A stretch of DNA of 64,000 nucleotides from an uncultured Solibacteraceae bacterium (GCA_963807205.1 CAWEAQ010000001.1:450273-514272), one strand, 5' to 3'; numbered from the stretch's first letter, positions 53,613 through 63,589 are shown. Numbers and translations: made by a program. Notes: generated by a model not told the origin, from the letters alone.

Positions 53613-54896
53613 ATGCTTCAGACTGAGCCGCGCGGTCCCGGATTTGTCAGATCGCTGCGCCCGTTTCAGAATGCCTTCGGGTTGGCGCTGGATTCCATCC
53701 GCGCGCACAAGCTGCGAAGCTTCCTCACACTGCTGGGAGTGATCATCGGCGTGGCCAGCGTCATCATGGTGGGCGCGGCCATCAGCGGGCTGGGAGTGTA
53801 CGCGGAGGCGTCCACGGCCAAGGCTTTCGGGTCGGAATCCTTCCTGGTGGCGCAGATCGCCTCCGTCGGCCGGCTGAGCCGCCGCGAGTACTTCGATAAG
53901 ATCAAGCGCAACAAGCCGATCCGCAACGACGACAAGCGCTTCCTGCAATCGGTGGCGGGCGAACGCGTGATGTTCAGCGAGTATCGCACGCACGTCTCCG
54001 ACGTGAAGCGCGAGAACCTGATCTGCGAAGACGCCGCGGTGATCGGCGTATCGGCGGACATGGCCAGCATCCGCGATATCGAGGTGGTGGATGGCCGATT
54101 CTTCACCGCCGAGGAGGACCGCTCCCGCGCCTTCGTAGCGGTGATTGGGGACACCGTCCGCAACACGCTGTTCACGCCCGATACGTCGCCGGTGGGCAAG
54201 ACGGTTCGCGTGGAAGGCATCGAGTTCACGGTGGTGGGCCTGCAGGAGCGCCTGGGATCGTCGTTCGGCCGCGATTCCGACAACATCATGTACATCCCCG
54301 CCTCGGCCTACGGGCGCATGTACGGCCCGGGCACCGGCCTGGCGCTGTTCGGCCGCGCCAAGCCGGGGCTGGGGCTGACGATGGAGGATGCCCTGGACGA
54401 AACCCGCGTGGCGTTGCGCACCCGTTTCCACGCGCGCCCCGGACAGGACGATAACTTCGACGTCCTGACGCCGGACGCCATCCGCGGCTTCATCGACCAG
54501 TTGCTGGCCATCGTGACCGTCATCGTGATGCCGGTGACCGGCATTTCGCTGGTGGTGGGCGGCATCGTGATCATGAACATCATGCTGGTGAGCGTGACCG
54601 AGCGGACGCACGAAATCGGCATCCGCAAATCGCTGGGCGCGCGGCATATCGACGTGATGATGCAGGTGCTGATCGAAGCGGTGGTGATGGCGGCCATGGG
54701 CGGCGCGTTGGGCGTGGTAGTGGGCGCGTTGGCGACCATGGCGCTGAGCACCATCTTCGATCTGACGCTGCACATCTCGGCGGGCTACGTAGTGCTGGCG
54801 ATCGGCGTATCGACCGTGGTGGGCGTGGCCTCGGGCTGGTACCCGGCCTCGCGCGCCGCCAAACTCGATCCGGTGGCGGCCCTGCGCGCGGAATAG
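53613..54896 (+). CDS. MacB/FtsX-type ABC transporter permease
   Basis: N-terminus is ..LDSIRAHKLRSFLTLLGVIIGVASVI. A large periplasmic loop (MacB_PCD-like) follows. The C-terminal FtsX block is IMLVSVTERTHEIGIRKSLGARHIDV. Confidence 0.88.
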   Translation: MLQTEPRGPGFVRSLRPFQNAFGLALDSIRAHKLRSFLTLLGVIIGVASVIMVGAAISGLGVYAEASTAKAFGSESFLVAQIASVGRLSRREYFDKIKRNKPIRNDDKRFLQSVAGERVMFSEYRTHVSDVKRENLICEDAAVIGVSADMASIRDIEVVDGRFFTAEEDRSRAFVAVIGDTVRNTLFTPDTSPVGKTVRVEGIEFTVVGLQERLGSSFGRDSDNIMYIPASAYGRMYGPGTGLALFGRAKPGLGLTMEDALDETRVALRTRFHARPGQDDNFDVLTPDAIRGFIDQLLAIVTVIVMPVTGISLVVGGIVIMNIMLVSVTERTHEIGIRKSLGARHIDVMMQVLIEAVVMAAMGGALGVVVGALATMALSTIFDLTLHISAGYVVLAIGVSTVVGVASGWYPASRAAKLDPVAALRAE

Positions 54897-54899
54897 ACC

Positions 54900-56159
54900 A
54901 TGAACATCAGCGCCGCGGAAAATATTCAAATGGCCGTGCAGGCGGTGCGGACGAACCGCTTCCGCTCCCTGCTTACGGTGCTCGGCATCGTCATCGGTAT
55001 CACCACGGTGGTGGTGGTGGCGTCGCTGCTCACTGGAGTGCGGCAGGGAGTGGTGGACTTTTTCCGCGAGATGGGGCCGGATAACATCTTCCTGTTCCGC
55101 ACCTCGGGAGCCCCCAACACGCCGGAGAACGCGCTGCCGCGCAAGGAGCGGCGCCGCCTGCCCATGAAGCCGGAATACGCCGAAGCCGTCCGCCGCTGGT
55201 GTTTCTCGGTGGAGGACACCGGGCTGATCCTGTACCTGCCGTCGGTGGTGGAGGGCAATCCGTTAATGGCGAAGGTGCCCGGCTACGATTCCGACAACAT
55301 CAACGTTTACGGGGCATCGGCCAACATGGGGGAGATCTCGCCGCGCGACCTTGCCGCCGGGCGCTTCTACACCCCGGACGAAGATCAGCGCGGTCTGCAC
55401 CTGGTGGTTTTGGGCTCGAGCGTGGCCGAGGCGCTGTACCCCGACGGGCAAGCCGTGGGCCGCACGGTAATGATGGATGGCGCCGAGTACACCGTGGTGG
55501 GCGTCTACGCCAAGGCCAAGGGCGGCTTCTTCGGAGAGAACGGGCAGGACAGCGACTTCGTAATCCCGCTGAACACCGCGCACTCGCGCTATCCGCAGAT
55601 CACCGCCTATATGATCACCGCCAAAGCCAAGCCGGGAATGCGGCAGGAAGCGTACTACGAAGTGGAAGCCGCCGTGCGGCGTATGCGGCGCCTGGCGACC
55701 GGCACGCCCGACGATTTCTCCATTTCCACGCCCGACCAGATCATTCAGCAGTTCGACAACATCACGGGACTGGTCGGTCTGGTGGCGATCGCCGTATCGG
55801 GCCTGGGGCTGCTGGTGGGCGGCATCGGCGTGATGAACATCATGCTGGTGAGCGTGACCGAGCGGACGCGCGAAATCGGCGTGCGCAAGGCCTTGGGTGC
55901 TCGGCGGCGCGATATCGTGGGCCAGTTCCTGGTGGAAGCCGTAACGCTCACCAGCCTGGGTGGAGTGCTGGGCACCGTCTTCGCCGTGCTGGTGACCCTG
56001 CTGGTGGGCAAACTGTTCCCGTCGGTGCCCGCCAGCGTACCGGCGTGGGCGCTGGTTACGGGCGTCGCGGTGTCGATGGCGATCGGAGTGTTCTTCGGCG
56101 TGTGGCCCGCTATGAAAGCGGCGCGCCTGGATCCGGTGGAGGCGCTGCGGCACGAGTAG
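54900..56159 (+). CDS. MacB/FtsX-type ABC transporter permease (tandem paralogue)
   Basis: Same architecture: ..RTNRFRSLLTVLGIVIGITTVV.. and IMLVSVTERTREIGVRKALGARRRDI. It starts 4 nt after the previous stop. Confidence 0.88.
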   Translation: MNISAAENIQMAVQAVRTNRFRSLLTVLGIVIGITTVVVVASLLTGVRQGVVDFFREMGPDNIFLFRTSGAPNTPENALPRKERRRLPMKPEYAEAVRRWCFSVEDTGLILYLPSVVEGNPLMAKVPGYDSDNINVYGASANMGEISPRDLAAGRFYTPDEDQRGLHLVVLGSSVAEALYPDGQAVGRTVMMDGAEYTVVGVYAKAKGGFFGENGQDSDFVIPLNTAHSRYPQITAYMITAKAKPGMRQEAYYEVEAAVRRMRRLATGTPDDFSISTPDQIIQQFDNITGLVGLVAIAVSGLGLLVGGIGVMNIMLVSVTERTREIGVRKALGARRRDIVGQFLVEAVTLTSLGGVLGTVFAVLVTLLVGKLFPSVPASVPAWALVTGVAVSMAIGVFFGVWPAMKAARLDPVEALRHE

Positions 56160-56275
56160 TGCGGGTTCCGGTTGGGCCGACCATCGAGTCTGACCGCGGA
56201 GCAGCGCGCCCAACTCGGGGATATCCTCGAAAGTGGCTGTCGAGCATCATGTCGCTCGGAATTATGCGGGGCAAT

Positions 56276-59200
56276 TTAGCCTGCCGCTCGCGGGTTCATG
56301 ACGGTCACTCCCATGAGGCCGATCACCACTTCCTGCGACAGCGCTTCCAGCGTCACGCTCTGCAAGGCCGCGCCGGGACGCAACCGCCAGCTCAGCAGCA
56401 CGGCGCGGCAGTTCCCGCCCAACTGCACGGTGGCCGGAGGCTTCCTGGGCAGGCTGAAGGCGTCGCGCTGGTAGTTGTAATCCACGCCGTTGTACGGCGA
56501 GAGCATCCAGAAATTGAAGGGTGGCACCAAGTCCAGTTTCTCGACCGCCCCGTCGGCGTAGTCCATGCGGAGGGCGGCGTTGGCAATGCGCACCTGCATG
56601 GGGTTGGTCGAGCCGCACACCAGAAACCAGACGGCCTCGCCCGCAAGGCCTACGGGCACGGTTACGCGGCGCGGCCAGTTGTCCCACCGGGAGGTGAAGG
56701 CGATGTTGCGATCTCCGTTCCACGCGAAGGGAACGCCTTGCGGCGTGGAGATGCAGCCGCCGGCGCCCAGCAGTTTCGGGATATTGTCCAGGTCGATTGC
56801 GGGCGGCTCCGCGTCTGTCTCCAGCACCGATTGCCACATCAGATAGCCATCCACGGCCAGGCGGAGCGAGCAGGTGTTGGGCCGCGGAGATAGATACCGC
56901 TGCTGAAAGATAGTGCGGATATCGCCGTTACGGGTGCCGCTCATGTCCACGCAATTCCAGGCGGCGCCCTGGGGAATAGTCGGATCGGTCTTGGCGCCCA
57001 GCGCGGCGTCGGCCTCGGCGTCAGTGACTTTGATCTTGAATAGGCGCCGTTGCTCGGTCTCGCCGGTGCGTACGGTGGCAATTACTAAGTGATGGCCGGT
57101 GTTGCGCGTGAGCGTACCCTCGATGCTCCCACCAGCGATCCTGGCGCCGGCCAACACGCCCTGGGGGTCCTCGAACCCCGTGATGACGGCGCCTCCGCTA
57201 GAGAGCGTCACGCGATCGCCGCTGTGGCCTTCGATCAGCACGGGCTGCGCTACCGGCAGTGGGTTCCGCCAGCTCACTTCGATCACCGCCGACTTGGCCG
57301 CAGGAACCTTCAACACCACCACGCTCTCGCCGAACCCGGCGCGCGCTTCCCATTCCGCGGGCGCGCCGTCAAGCGTCACCCTGGCGGTCTTCCCCGCCCT
57401 GACCGGCAGCGATACATCCATGGGCGCAGGCCTGCCGAGTTCCACCCGGCAACTGGCGGAATTGCCGGTTCTTTGAAACTCCAGCGAGAAGTCCGGCGTG
57501 CGTATGGAGGCATGGTCCCACTCGACCGGGAACTGGGGGCTTATTCTCACGATGTTATTGGGCAGGTCCGGCGAGTAACCGAACAGACCCTCCACCACTG
57601 CGCGGCAAAACATGCTGAGGCAATCGTTGAAGTCCGTGGCGCCCGCCGGATGGCCGAAGTCGCCTGGCACGGCGCCGAAGAACATCTGTTGCGGGAATGT
57701 GCCGCGCAGCAGGCTCCAACCTTCGGTGCTAAGCCCGGTCTGAAAGTAAGCCAGCGCCAGATGATAATTGTCGCCGGGCCACATCTCGCGTACCGACCAG
57801 ATGGAGGGAACCCAGTTAGACGGCCAACACTGCTCGCCTCCGTAGGGCGGCTTGAAGCGCTCGAGCGCCCACTCGGTGTAGTGCAGCGCCTGCACGGCCT
57901 GCGACTGGGTCAACATCCCGGCGTCAATGGGGCAGAACGTGCTGTAGAGCCAAGAGGATTCGTGCAGCCGCTTCAATCCGCCCTGCTCGCGGTAAGCCCC
58001 CACGTGGCCTTTGGTGGGAATCCAGAGTAACTCGAATAAGGCCTTCGATACCTTGGCCAGCATCTCGCGATGGCGCCGCTCGGACTCGGCGTCGCCGGCG
58101 CGGCGGGCGAGGTCCATCGCAGCCTTGCGGCCCCGGTAGGCATAGGCGGTCTCCTCCGCCGTGCCGCCGCCGTTGTACCACTGTCCGTCGGTTGGCCAGG
58201 TATTGCAGTAACTCTCGTAAATGCCCAGACCCGCGGGGTCGAAGCAGTCCTTGATGTATTCCAGGTGCAGTTCCAGCGCGGGGCGCAGGATACGCTCCAG
58301 TTCCGGGTCCATGGCCCAGCGCCAATCGTGCAGCACCTGGTCGAAGAACTGGCTCTGCATGTCGTAGTGGTACGGCTGGTAGATGTTGATGCGCCCCTTG
58401 CCGAACATGCGCGATTCGGGCGCCTGGCTGGAGAGGCCGGTCTTGGGGTCGGCCTTTGCCTCGGTGCGGCCGGATTCGGTAACCTGCTTCGCGATGCACA
58501 GCTTTGCCTCGGCCTTCACGTTATCGTGCCAGCCGTAGGAAATGGCGCCGAACTGCGTGCGCCATCCCAGCAGCGGCACGCCCCAACGCATGCCGGCATG
58601 CGTGTACATGGAGTCGCGGAAGGTGCCGTCCACCGCGATACAGGATGCCGCAACCGCGATATCGAGCCACGGATCGGGCGTCTCCACCGCCACCTGCTGG
58701 CGGATCTCTTCGACGCGCGCCATCCCCGCCGCGAACGCCGCAGGCCCGTCCGACAAGGCCGCCAAATCGGCGGGACCGCGCTTGCTCACGGCGTGCATCA
58801 CCCAGTAGGTATCCGCGCGGCCAACCGGCGTGACGCCGCAGAGAATCGGCAGTTCCGCGGCGCTGCTGGCGGCCAGCGCCACCGGGTTGCTCCAGGCGCT
58901 GGCATCGGCCACCAGCATCCGCGACGGCGCGGCGCAACGGCCGCGCATGCTTCCCTTGTCGATGCCCGCCGGCGAGACCACCACCCAGTCCGCGCCATCC
59001 ACGCTCACCTGGTTGCCGCGGCAATTCTCCGGAACGAAGGAGCGTTTCATCAGTTCTTCGCGGCCGGCGGTTGTGACATCGTACTTCGACAGCACGCTCT
59101 GCGATTCCTGCGTGGCCGCACCCGACGCCCAGATCAACTGGTCGCCGGGTTGCGCGCCGCTCACTCGGAGCCGCGCCGCGAGCCCCGTGCCCTTGGCCAG

Positions 59201-59698
59201 CGGCGTCACCTGCAACTCCATCGACGTGTCACCGAGGCTGCCATCCATAATCACCCATTCCATGTGGCCGGGAACGTACCGGGACACGATGCCGGAGCAT
59301 TGGTGCAGCCACTTACCCTTGCCGCCGCGCACCAGCGCCACCATCAGACAGCCGGCAATCTGGCTCTGGTTCCCGAGCAGTAGGAAAGGCCGGTCGCCCG
59401 CCAGGACGATGGCTTGCGCGTTGTGGCAGTAGAGCGGCCGGTTGCAGAACCGGTCCCCGTTGCGCCGCACGAATGCGCCTTTCTCCGCGGTGTAGATAGG
59501 CGTTCGCAACGTCTCCGGATCCACGCGTCCATAGGTGCCGGCCACGGCTGTGCCGATGCCCGGAATCCCGCGCATCAGACTCCGGAGGCCTGTGCCCAGC
59601 ACCATCAGACACCCTTTCCAAAGGCTGCGTCTGGTGATCCCCTGGCGGATCTTTTCGTAGAGCGGGCGTTGCGACGCCACGGGCCCCGGTCCTGGCAC
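56276..59698 (-). CDS. large (1140 aa) exported protein of unknown function, possibly glycoside-hydrolase-like
   Basis: A single uninterrupted ORF with protein-like composition. The N-terminus has a Tat-like motif ITRRSLWKGCLMVLGTGL. The central region is rich in W/Y/D pairs (..CNTWPTDGQWYNGGGTAEETAYAY..), reminiscent of (alpha/alpha)6 glycosidases. The family is not confidently recognised. Confidence 0.7.
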   Translation of the reverse strand: MPGPGPVASQRPLYEKIRQGITRRSLWKGCLMVLGTGLRSLMRGIPGIGTAVAGTYGRVDPETLRTPIYTAEKGAFVRRNGDRFCNRPLYCHNAQAIVLAGDRPFLLLGNQSQIAGCLMVALVRGGKGKWLHQCSGIVSRYVPGHMEWVIMDGSLGDTSMELQVTPLAKGTGLAARLRVSGAQPGDQLIWASGAATQESQSVLSKYDVTTAGREELMKRSFVPENCRGNQVSVDGADWVVVSPAGIDKGSMRGRCAAPSRMLVADASAWSNPVALAASSAAELPILCGVTPVGRADTYWVMHAVSKRGPADLAALSDGPAAFAAGMARVEEIRQQVAVETPDPWLDIAVAASCIAVDGTFRDSMYTHAGMRWGVPLLGWRTQFGAISYGWHDNVKAEAKLCIAKQVTESGRTEAKADPKTGLSSQAPESRMFGKGRINIYQPYHYDMQSQFFDQVLHDWRWAMDPELERILRPALELHLEYIKDCFDPAGLGIYESYCNTWPTDGQWYNGGGTAEETAYAYRGRKAAMDLARRAGDAESERRHREMLAKVSKALFELLWIPTKGHVGAYREQGGLKRLHESSWLYSTFCPIDAGMLTQSQAVQALHYTEWALERFKPPYGGEQCWPSNWVPSIWSVREMWPGDNYHLALAYFQTGLSTEGWSLLRGTFPQQMFFGAVPGDFGHPAGATDFNDCLSMFCRAVVEGLFGYSPDLPNNIVRISPQFPVEWDHASIRTPDFSLEFQRTGNSASCRVELGRPAPMDVSLPVRAGKTARVTLDGAPAEWEARAGFGESVVVLKVPAAKSAVIEVSWRNPLPVAQPVLIEGHSGDRVTLSSGGAVITGFEDPQGVLAGARIAGGSIEGTLTRNTGHHLVIATVRTGETEQRRLFKIKVTDAEADAALGAKTDPTIPQGAAWNCVDMSGTRNGDIRTIFQQRYLSPRPNTCSLRLAVDGYLMWQSVLETDAEPPAIDLDNIPKLLGAGGCISTPQGVPFAWNGDRNIAFTSRWDNWPRRVTVPVGLAGEAVWFLVCGSTNPMQVRIANAALRMDYADGAVEKLDLVPPFNFWMLSPYNGVDYNYQRDAFSLPRKPPATVQLGGNCRAVLLSWRLRPGAALQSVTLEALSQEVVIGLMGVTVMNPRAAG

Positions 59699-59808
59699 TC
59701 GCCCATGATAACTCCCAAGACCGGTGCGGCGGGTTCCGCGCGCAGTCCGCGCCGCCCTCCGCTACCCCCGCTTTCTGAGACAATGCAACCAGTAGCGAGA
59801 CTCCGACT

Positions 59809-60084
59809 ATGCCATGCATTCTGGTTGTCGCCATTCTGGCGTTTCCGCGGGCCGTGCTGATCCTGATGTTCCTCTTCACCACCTATCTGCAGCGCGCCTA
59901 TGACGGCCTGCTTCTTCCCCTGCTGGGGTTCATCTTCCTGCCCCTGACCACGGTGGTCTACGCCTGGCTGGTCAATTCCCACCGCCCGCTGTCGGGCATC
60001 AATCTGCTGTTCCTGATTCTGGCCGTTGTAATCGACGCCGGCGGATTGAGCGGCGGCGAATATCACCGCAGGCGGAGGGATTGA
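59809..60084 (+). CDS. small membrane protein (91 aa)
   Basis: It has three hydrophobic helices. Its stop TGA overlaps the candidate TTG start of yggS (TTGA). Confidence 0.5.
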   Translation: MPCILVVAILAFPRAVLILMFLFTTYLQRAYDGLLLPLLGFIFLPLTTVVYAWLVNSHRPLSGINLLFLILAVVIDAGGLSGGEYHRRRRD

Positions 60085-60770
60085 GCGTGCCGCCATCGCC
60101 TGCCGCCGACACCCTGGAATCCCGGCTGGCCGCGGTACGTGGCCGCATCGAGCGCGCCGCCGGCCGCGCGGGGCGCGATCCCGCCAGTGTCCTGCTGCTG
60201 GCCGTCAGCAAGGTGTTTCCGGCGTCCGCCATTCAAGAGGCCTACGCCCTGGGGCTGCGCAATTTCGGCGAGAACTACGTGCGCGAATTCGAAGACAAGG
60301 CACCCCAGGTGGCCGGTCTCGAGGGCGCTCGCTTCCAGTTCATCGGCCACCTGCAATCCAACAAGGCGCGTAAAGCCGCCGAGCTTTTCCAGGTGATTCA
60401 GACCGTGGATTCGCCCAAGCTGGCGCGGCGATTGAACGAGGCCGCGCGCGCCCTCGACGTCATGATCGAGGTGAAGCTCTCCGCCGAGGAGTCCAAGGCC
60501 GGCGCCGCTCCCGAGGAACTGCCCGAGATCGTCGCCGCCGTGCGCGAGTGCCCCAACCTCACCCTGCGCGGCCTCATGACCATGCCGCCGTGGCCCGACA
60601 ACCCCGAAGACTCGCGCCCCTATTTCCGCCGTCTGCGCGAACTGGCCGAGCGCCACAAGTTGCCGGGACTGTCCATGGGCATGTCGCTCGATCTGGAAAC
60701 CGCCGTCGAAGAAGGTTCCACTTGCGTCCGCGTCGGCACCGCCCTGTTTGGCCCGCGGAGGGTAGCGTAG
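60081..60770 (+). CDS. yggS: YggS-family pyridoxal-phosphate homeostasis protein
   Basis: Family blocks are LLAVSKVFP (PLP Lys), FGENYVRE, FIGHLQSNKARK, LRGLMTMPP and LSMGMS.DLE.A.EEGST.VRVGTALFG. The start is TTG 60081 or GTG 60087. Confidence 0.9.
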   Translation: MSVPPSPAADTLESRLAAVRGRIERAAGRAGRDPASVLLLAVSKVFPASAIQEAYALGLRNFGENYVREFEDKAPQVAGLEGARFQFIGHLQSNKARKAAELFQVIQTVDSPKLARRLNEAARALDVMIEVKLSAEESKAGAAPEELPEIVAAVRECPNLTLRGLMTMPPWPDNPEDSRPYFRRLRELAERHKLPGLSMGMSLDLETAVEEGSTCVRVGTALFGPRRVA

Positions 60771-60784
60771 CGGCTGCGCTGCCC

Positions 60785-61885
60785 ATGACCGTTGGCTTCT
60801 ACTCCCCGCTGCCGCCCGCGCGCACTGGCGTGGCCGATTACTCCGCCGCGCTCCTGGTCGAACTGCGCCGCCTTGGCCGCGTGGAGGTGGCGCCCGAGCA
60901 TTGCGACGTGGCCCTCTATCACCTGGGCAATAATCCGCTGCACGCCGCCATCTACCGCCGCGCGCTGGAACACCCCGGAGCGATCGTTCTTCACGATGCC
61001 GTGCTGCATCACTTCCTGCTGGGGCAGCTTGACGAGGCCGCCTACATCGAGGAGTTCGTCAACAACTCCGGCGAGTGGACCCGCGGGTTGGCGCGCGAGC
61101 TGTGGCGGGGGCGCGCCGCTTCCGGCACCGATCCGCGCTACTTCGCCTACCCCATGCTCAAGCGCGTAGCCGGGCGGGCGTTGGCAGTGGTGGTGCACAA
61201 CCCGGCCGCCGCACGCGCCGTGAAGGCCGCCGCACCGGAGGCGCGCGTGGTCGAGATCCCCCACCTGCTGGAGACGCCGCAGCTCCCCGCCGCCGCCGAA
61301 ACCGCGGCCTACCGTGCCAGCCTGGGCGTCCCCGCGGACGCGTTCCTGTTCGGCGTGTTCGGCTACCTGCGCGAATCCAAGCGCCTGTTCAGCGTGCTCG
61401 ATGCGTTCGCCGAGGTGCGCCGCGAAGTCCCAAAGGCCGCGCTGCTAGTGGCCGGCCAGTTCGTCTCGAACGACCTGGAACGCGCCATTGCCCCACTGCT
61501 CTCTGAAGCCGGCGTCACGCGGCGCCCCTATCTGCCGGAGAGCGAGTTCTGGCTGGCCGCCACCGCCGTGGACGCCTGCGTCAACCTGCGGCACCCTTCG
61601 GCCGGAGAGACCTCCGGCACGGCCATACGGATGATGGGCCTCGGCAAGCCCGTCCTGCTCACCGAGGGCGAGGAATGCTCCGGCTTCCCCGATGACGCCT
61701 GCGTGCGCATCCCGCCGGGGCCGGCCGAGCGCGAGAGCTTGCGGCGGCACATGATTCTGCTACCATCGGTGGTCGGCGTGGCCCGCGCCATCGGCCAGCG
61801 GGCAGCCGCGTATGCCGCAGCCCACCACCGCGCGGACCGCGCCGCTCACCGCTACTGGGACCTCTTGTGCTCGCTCGCTACCTAA
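60785..61885 (+). CDS. GT4-like glycosyltransferase
   Basis: ATG 60785 gives MTVGFYSPLPPARTGVADYS. The C-terminal half has ..FGVFGYLRESKRL..LLVAGQF.. and E-x7-E-like SAGETSGTAIRMMGLGKPVL. Confidence 0.75.
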   Translation: MTVGFYSPLPPARTGVADYSAALLVELRRLGRVEVAPEHCDVALYHLGNNPLHAAIYRRALEHPGAIVLHDAVLHHFLLGQLDEAAYIEEFVNNSGEWTRGLARELWRGRAASGTDPRYFAYPMLKRVAGRALAVVVHNPAAARAVKAAAPEARVVEIPHLLETPQLPAAAETAAYRASLGVPADAFLFGVFGYLRESKRLFSVLDAFAEVRREVPKAALLVAGQFVSNDLERAIAPLLSEAGVTRRPYLPESEFWLAATAVDACVNLRHPSAGETSGTAIRMMGLGKPVLLTEGEECSGFPDDACVRIPPGPAERESLRRHMILLPSVVGVARAIGQRAAAYAAAHHRADRAAHRYWDLLCSLAT

Positions 61886-63585
61886 GCCCGCTGCCGCTCG
61901 CGGCGCTCGCCGCGCTCGCCGCGACGCAGAACCCGCCGCCCCGCCTGCTGCGCGTGCCGGTGGCCATGCGCGATGGCATTCGCCTTTTCGCCAACGTCTT
62001 CCTGCCCGCCGAGCACGGGCGCTTTCCCGCCATCCTGATCCGCACGCCCTACGGCAAAGGCACCGCTCTCGTGCCCAACTGGCAGGCTTTTGTGGACCAC
62101 GGTTACGCCGTGGTGGTGCAGGACGTGCGCGGCCGCTACGAATCCGAAGGCGCCTTCACGCCGTTGACGCAGGAACCCGCGGACGGCAGCGACACGCTCG
62201 ACTGGATCGCCCGCCAGGCGTGGAGCGACGGCAACGTGGGCATGACCGGCGGAAGCTACCTGGGAATCGCGCAATGGAAAGCCGCCCTCACCCGGAACCC
62301 GCACCTCAAGGCCATCTTCCCCGTGGTTTCGGGCTACGACGATTTCGAGGATCGGTTCTACTCGACGGGCGGCGCCTTCAAGCTGGGCAACCGACTGGAG
62401 TGGATAGCGGAGAACCTGCGGGCCCCCGGCTTTCACCCCGATTTCAGCCAGTTCGTCTTGCACCTGCCCCTGCGCACCGCCGACGTCGCGGCCACCGGTC
62501 AGACCGCGGAAATCTACCGCCAGGCCATGGCCCACCCCGCCTACGACGCTTTCTGGCGCGCCATCAGCACGCGGGAGCAGATCGCCAAGGTCCGCATTCC
62601 GGTGTTTGCCGTGGGCGGCTGGTACGACAACTACGCGGAGAGCGACCTGGCGGCGTTCGCCCTGCTACACAAGACATCCAACCTGAACCGCGTGCTGGTG
62701 GGCCCGTGGCCGCACAACATGTCCCGCCCGTTCGATGGCGTGGATTTCGGACCCACCGCCGCAGTCTCCGTGCTCCAGTTGCAACTTGAGTGGTTCGACC
62801 ACTGGCTCATGGGCAAGGACGCGCCGCTGCTTACGGCCCCGCCGGTGAAGGTCTTCGTCATGGGCGCGAACCGCTGGCTGGAAGCCCGCCAGTGGCCGCC
62901 CGAAAACGCCCGCGTGAGCAACTGGTACCTGGATAGCAGTGGCGCCGCCAACACGTTCTCGGGCGATGGCGCCCTCGCCGAAATGCCGCCGGCGCATCTG
63001 CGCCAATACGCGCCCCACGACAGTTTTGTCTACGACCCGCGCGATCCGGTGCCCACCCGCGGCGGAGCGGTCTGCTGCAACCCCGACATTCTCCCCTGGG
63101 GGCCCAAGGACCAGCGCTTGGTGGAAAAGCGGCGCGACGTGCTGGTTTTTAGCTCCAAACCCCTGGCGCGCGACATGGAAGTGGCCGGCCCGGTGAAAGC
63201 CGTGCTTTACGTTTCGACCACCGCGCGGGACACCGATTTCACGGCGAAGCTGGTGGACGTCTTCCCCGATGGCGTGGCGCGCAACCTCACCGACGGCATC
63301 CTGCGCCTGCGCTACCGCGACTCGCTCGAGAAGCCCCAGCCGGCCACTCCGGGCGAGATCTACCGGATCGCAGTGGACGCGGGCGTCACCGCCAACGTGT
63401 TTCTGAAGGGGCACCGTATCCGCCTGGAAATAGCCAGCGCCAACTTCCCGCGCTTCGACCGAAACCTGAATAACGGTGGCGTGACGGCCGATGACACCCG
63501 CCCGGTGAAAGCCACCCAGACGCTTTGGCACGACCGCCAGCACCCCTCGCATCTGGAACTGGCGGTGATTGGGCCGGGCAGGTAG
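61867..63585 (+). CDS. CocE/NonD-family (S15 X-Pro dipeptidyl-peptidase-like) hydrolase, secreted
   Basis: Family blocks are MRDGIRLFANVFLP...FPAILIRTPYGKG, VVVQDVRGRYESEG and the nucleophile motif VGMTGGSYLGIAQW. A C-terminal beta-sandwich follows (..LRLRYRDS..). GTG 61867 overlaps the previous gene by 19 nt. Confidence 0.88.
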   Translation: MLARYLSPLPLAALAALAATQNPPPRLLRVPVAMRDGIRLFANVFLPAEHGRFPAILIRTPYGKGTALVPNWQAFVDHGYAVVVQDVRGRYESEGAFTPLTQEPADGSDTLDWIARQAWSDGNVGMTGGSYLGIAQWKAALTRNPHLKAIFPVVSGYDDFEDRFYSTGGAFKLGNRLEWIAENLRAPGFHPDFSQFVLHLPLRTADVAATGQTAEIYRQAMAHPAYDAFWRAISTREQIAKVRIPVFAVGGWYDNYAESDLAAFALLHKTSNLNRVLVGPWPHNMSRPFDGVDFGPTAAVSVLQLQLEWFDHWLMGKDAPLLTAPPVKVFVMGANRWLEARQWPPENARVSNWYLDSSGAANTFSGDGALAEMPPAHLRQYAPHDSFVYDPRDPVPTRGGAVCCNPDILPWGPKDQRLVEKRRDVLVFSSKPLARDMEVAGPVKAVLYVSTTARDTDFTAKLVDVFPDGVARNLTDGILRLRYRDSLEKPQPATPGEIYRIAVDAGVTANVFLKGHRIRLEIASANFPRFDRNLNNGGVTADDTRPVKATQTLWHDRQHPSHLELAVIGPGR

Positions 63586-63589
63586 TGAC

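Noticed and set aside
53598-56213. Two long minus-strand ORFs (53598..54929 and 55263..56213)
   Set aside because: They are antisense to the two MacB-type permease genes. The translations are His/Arg/Asp-rich without membrane helices or motifs.
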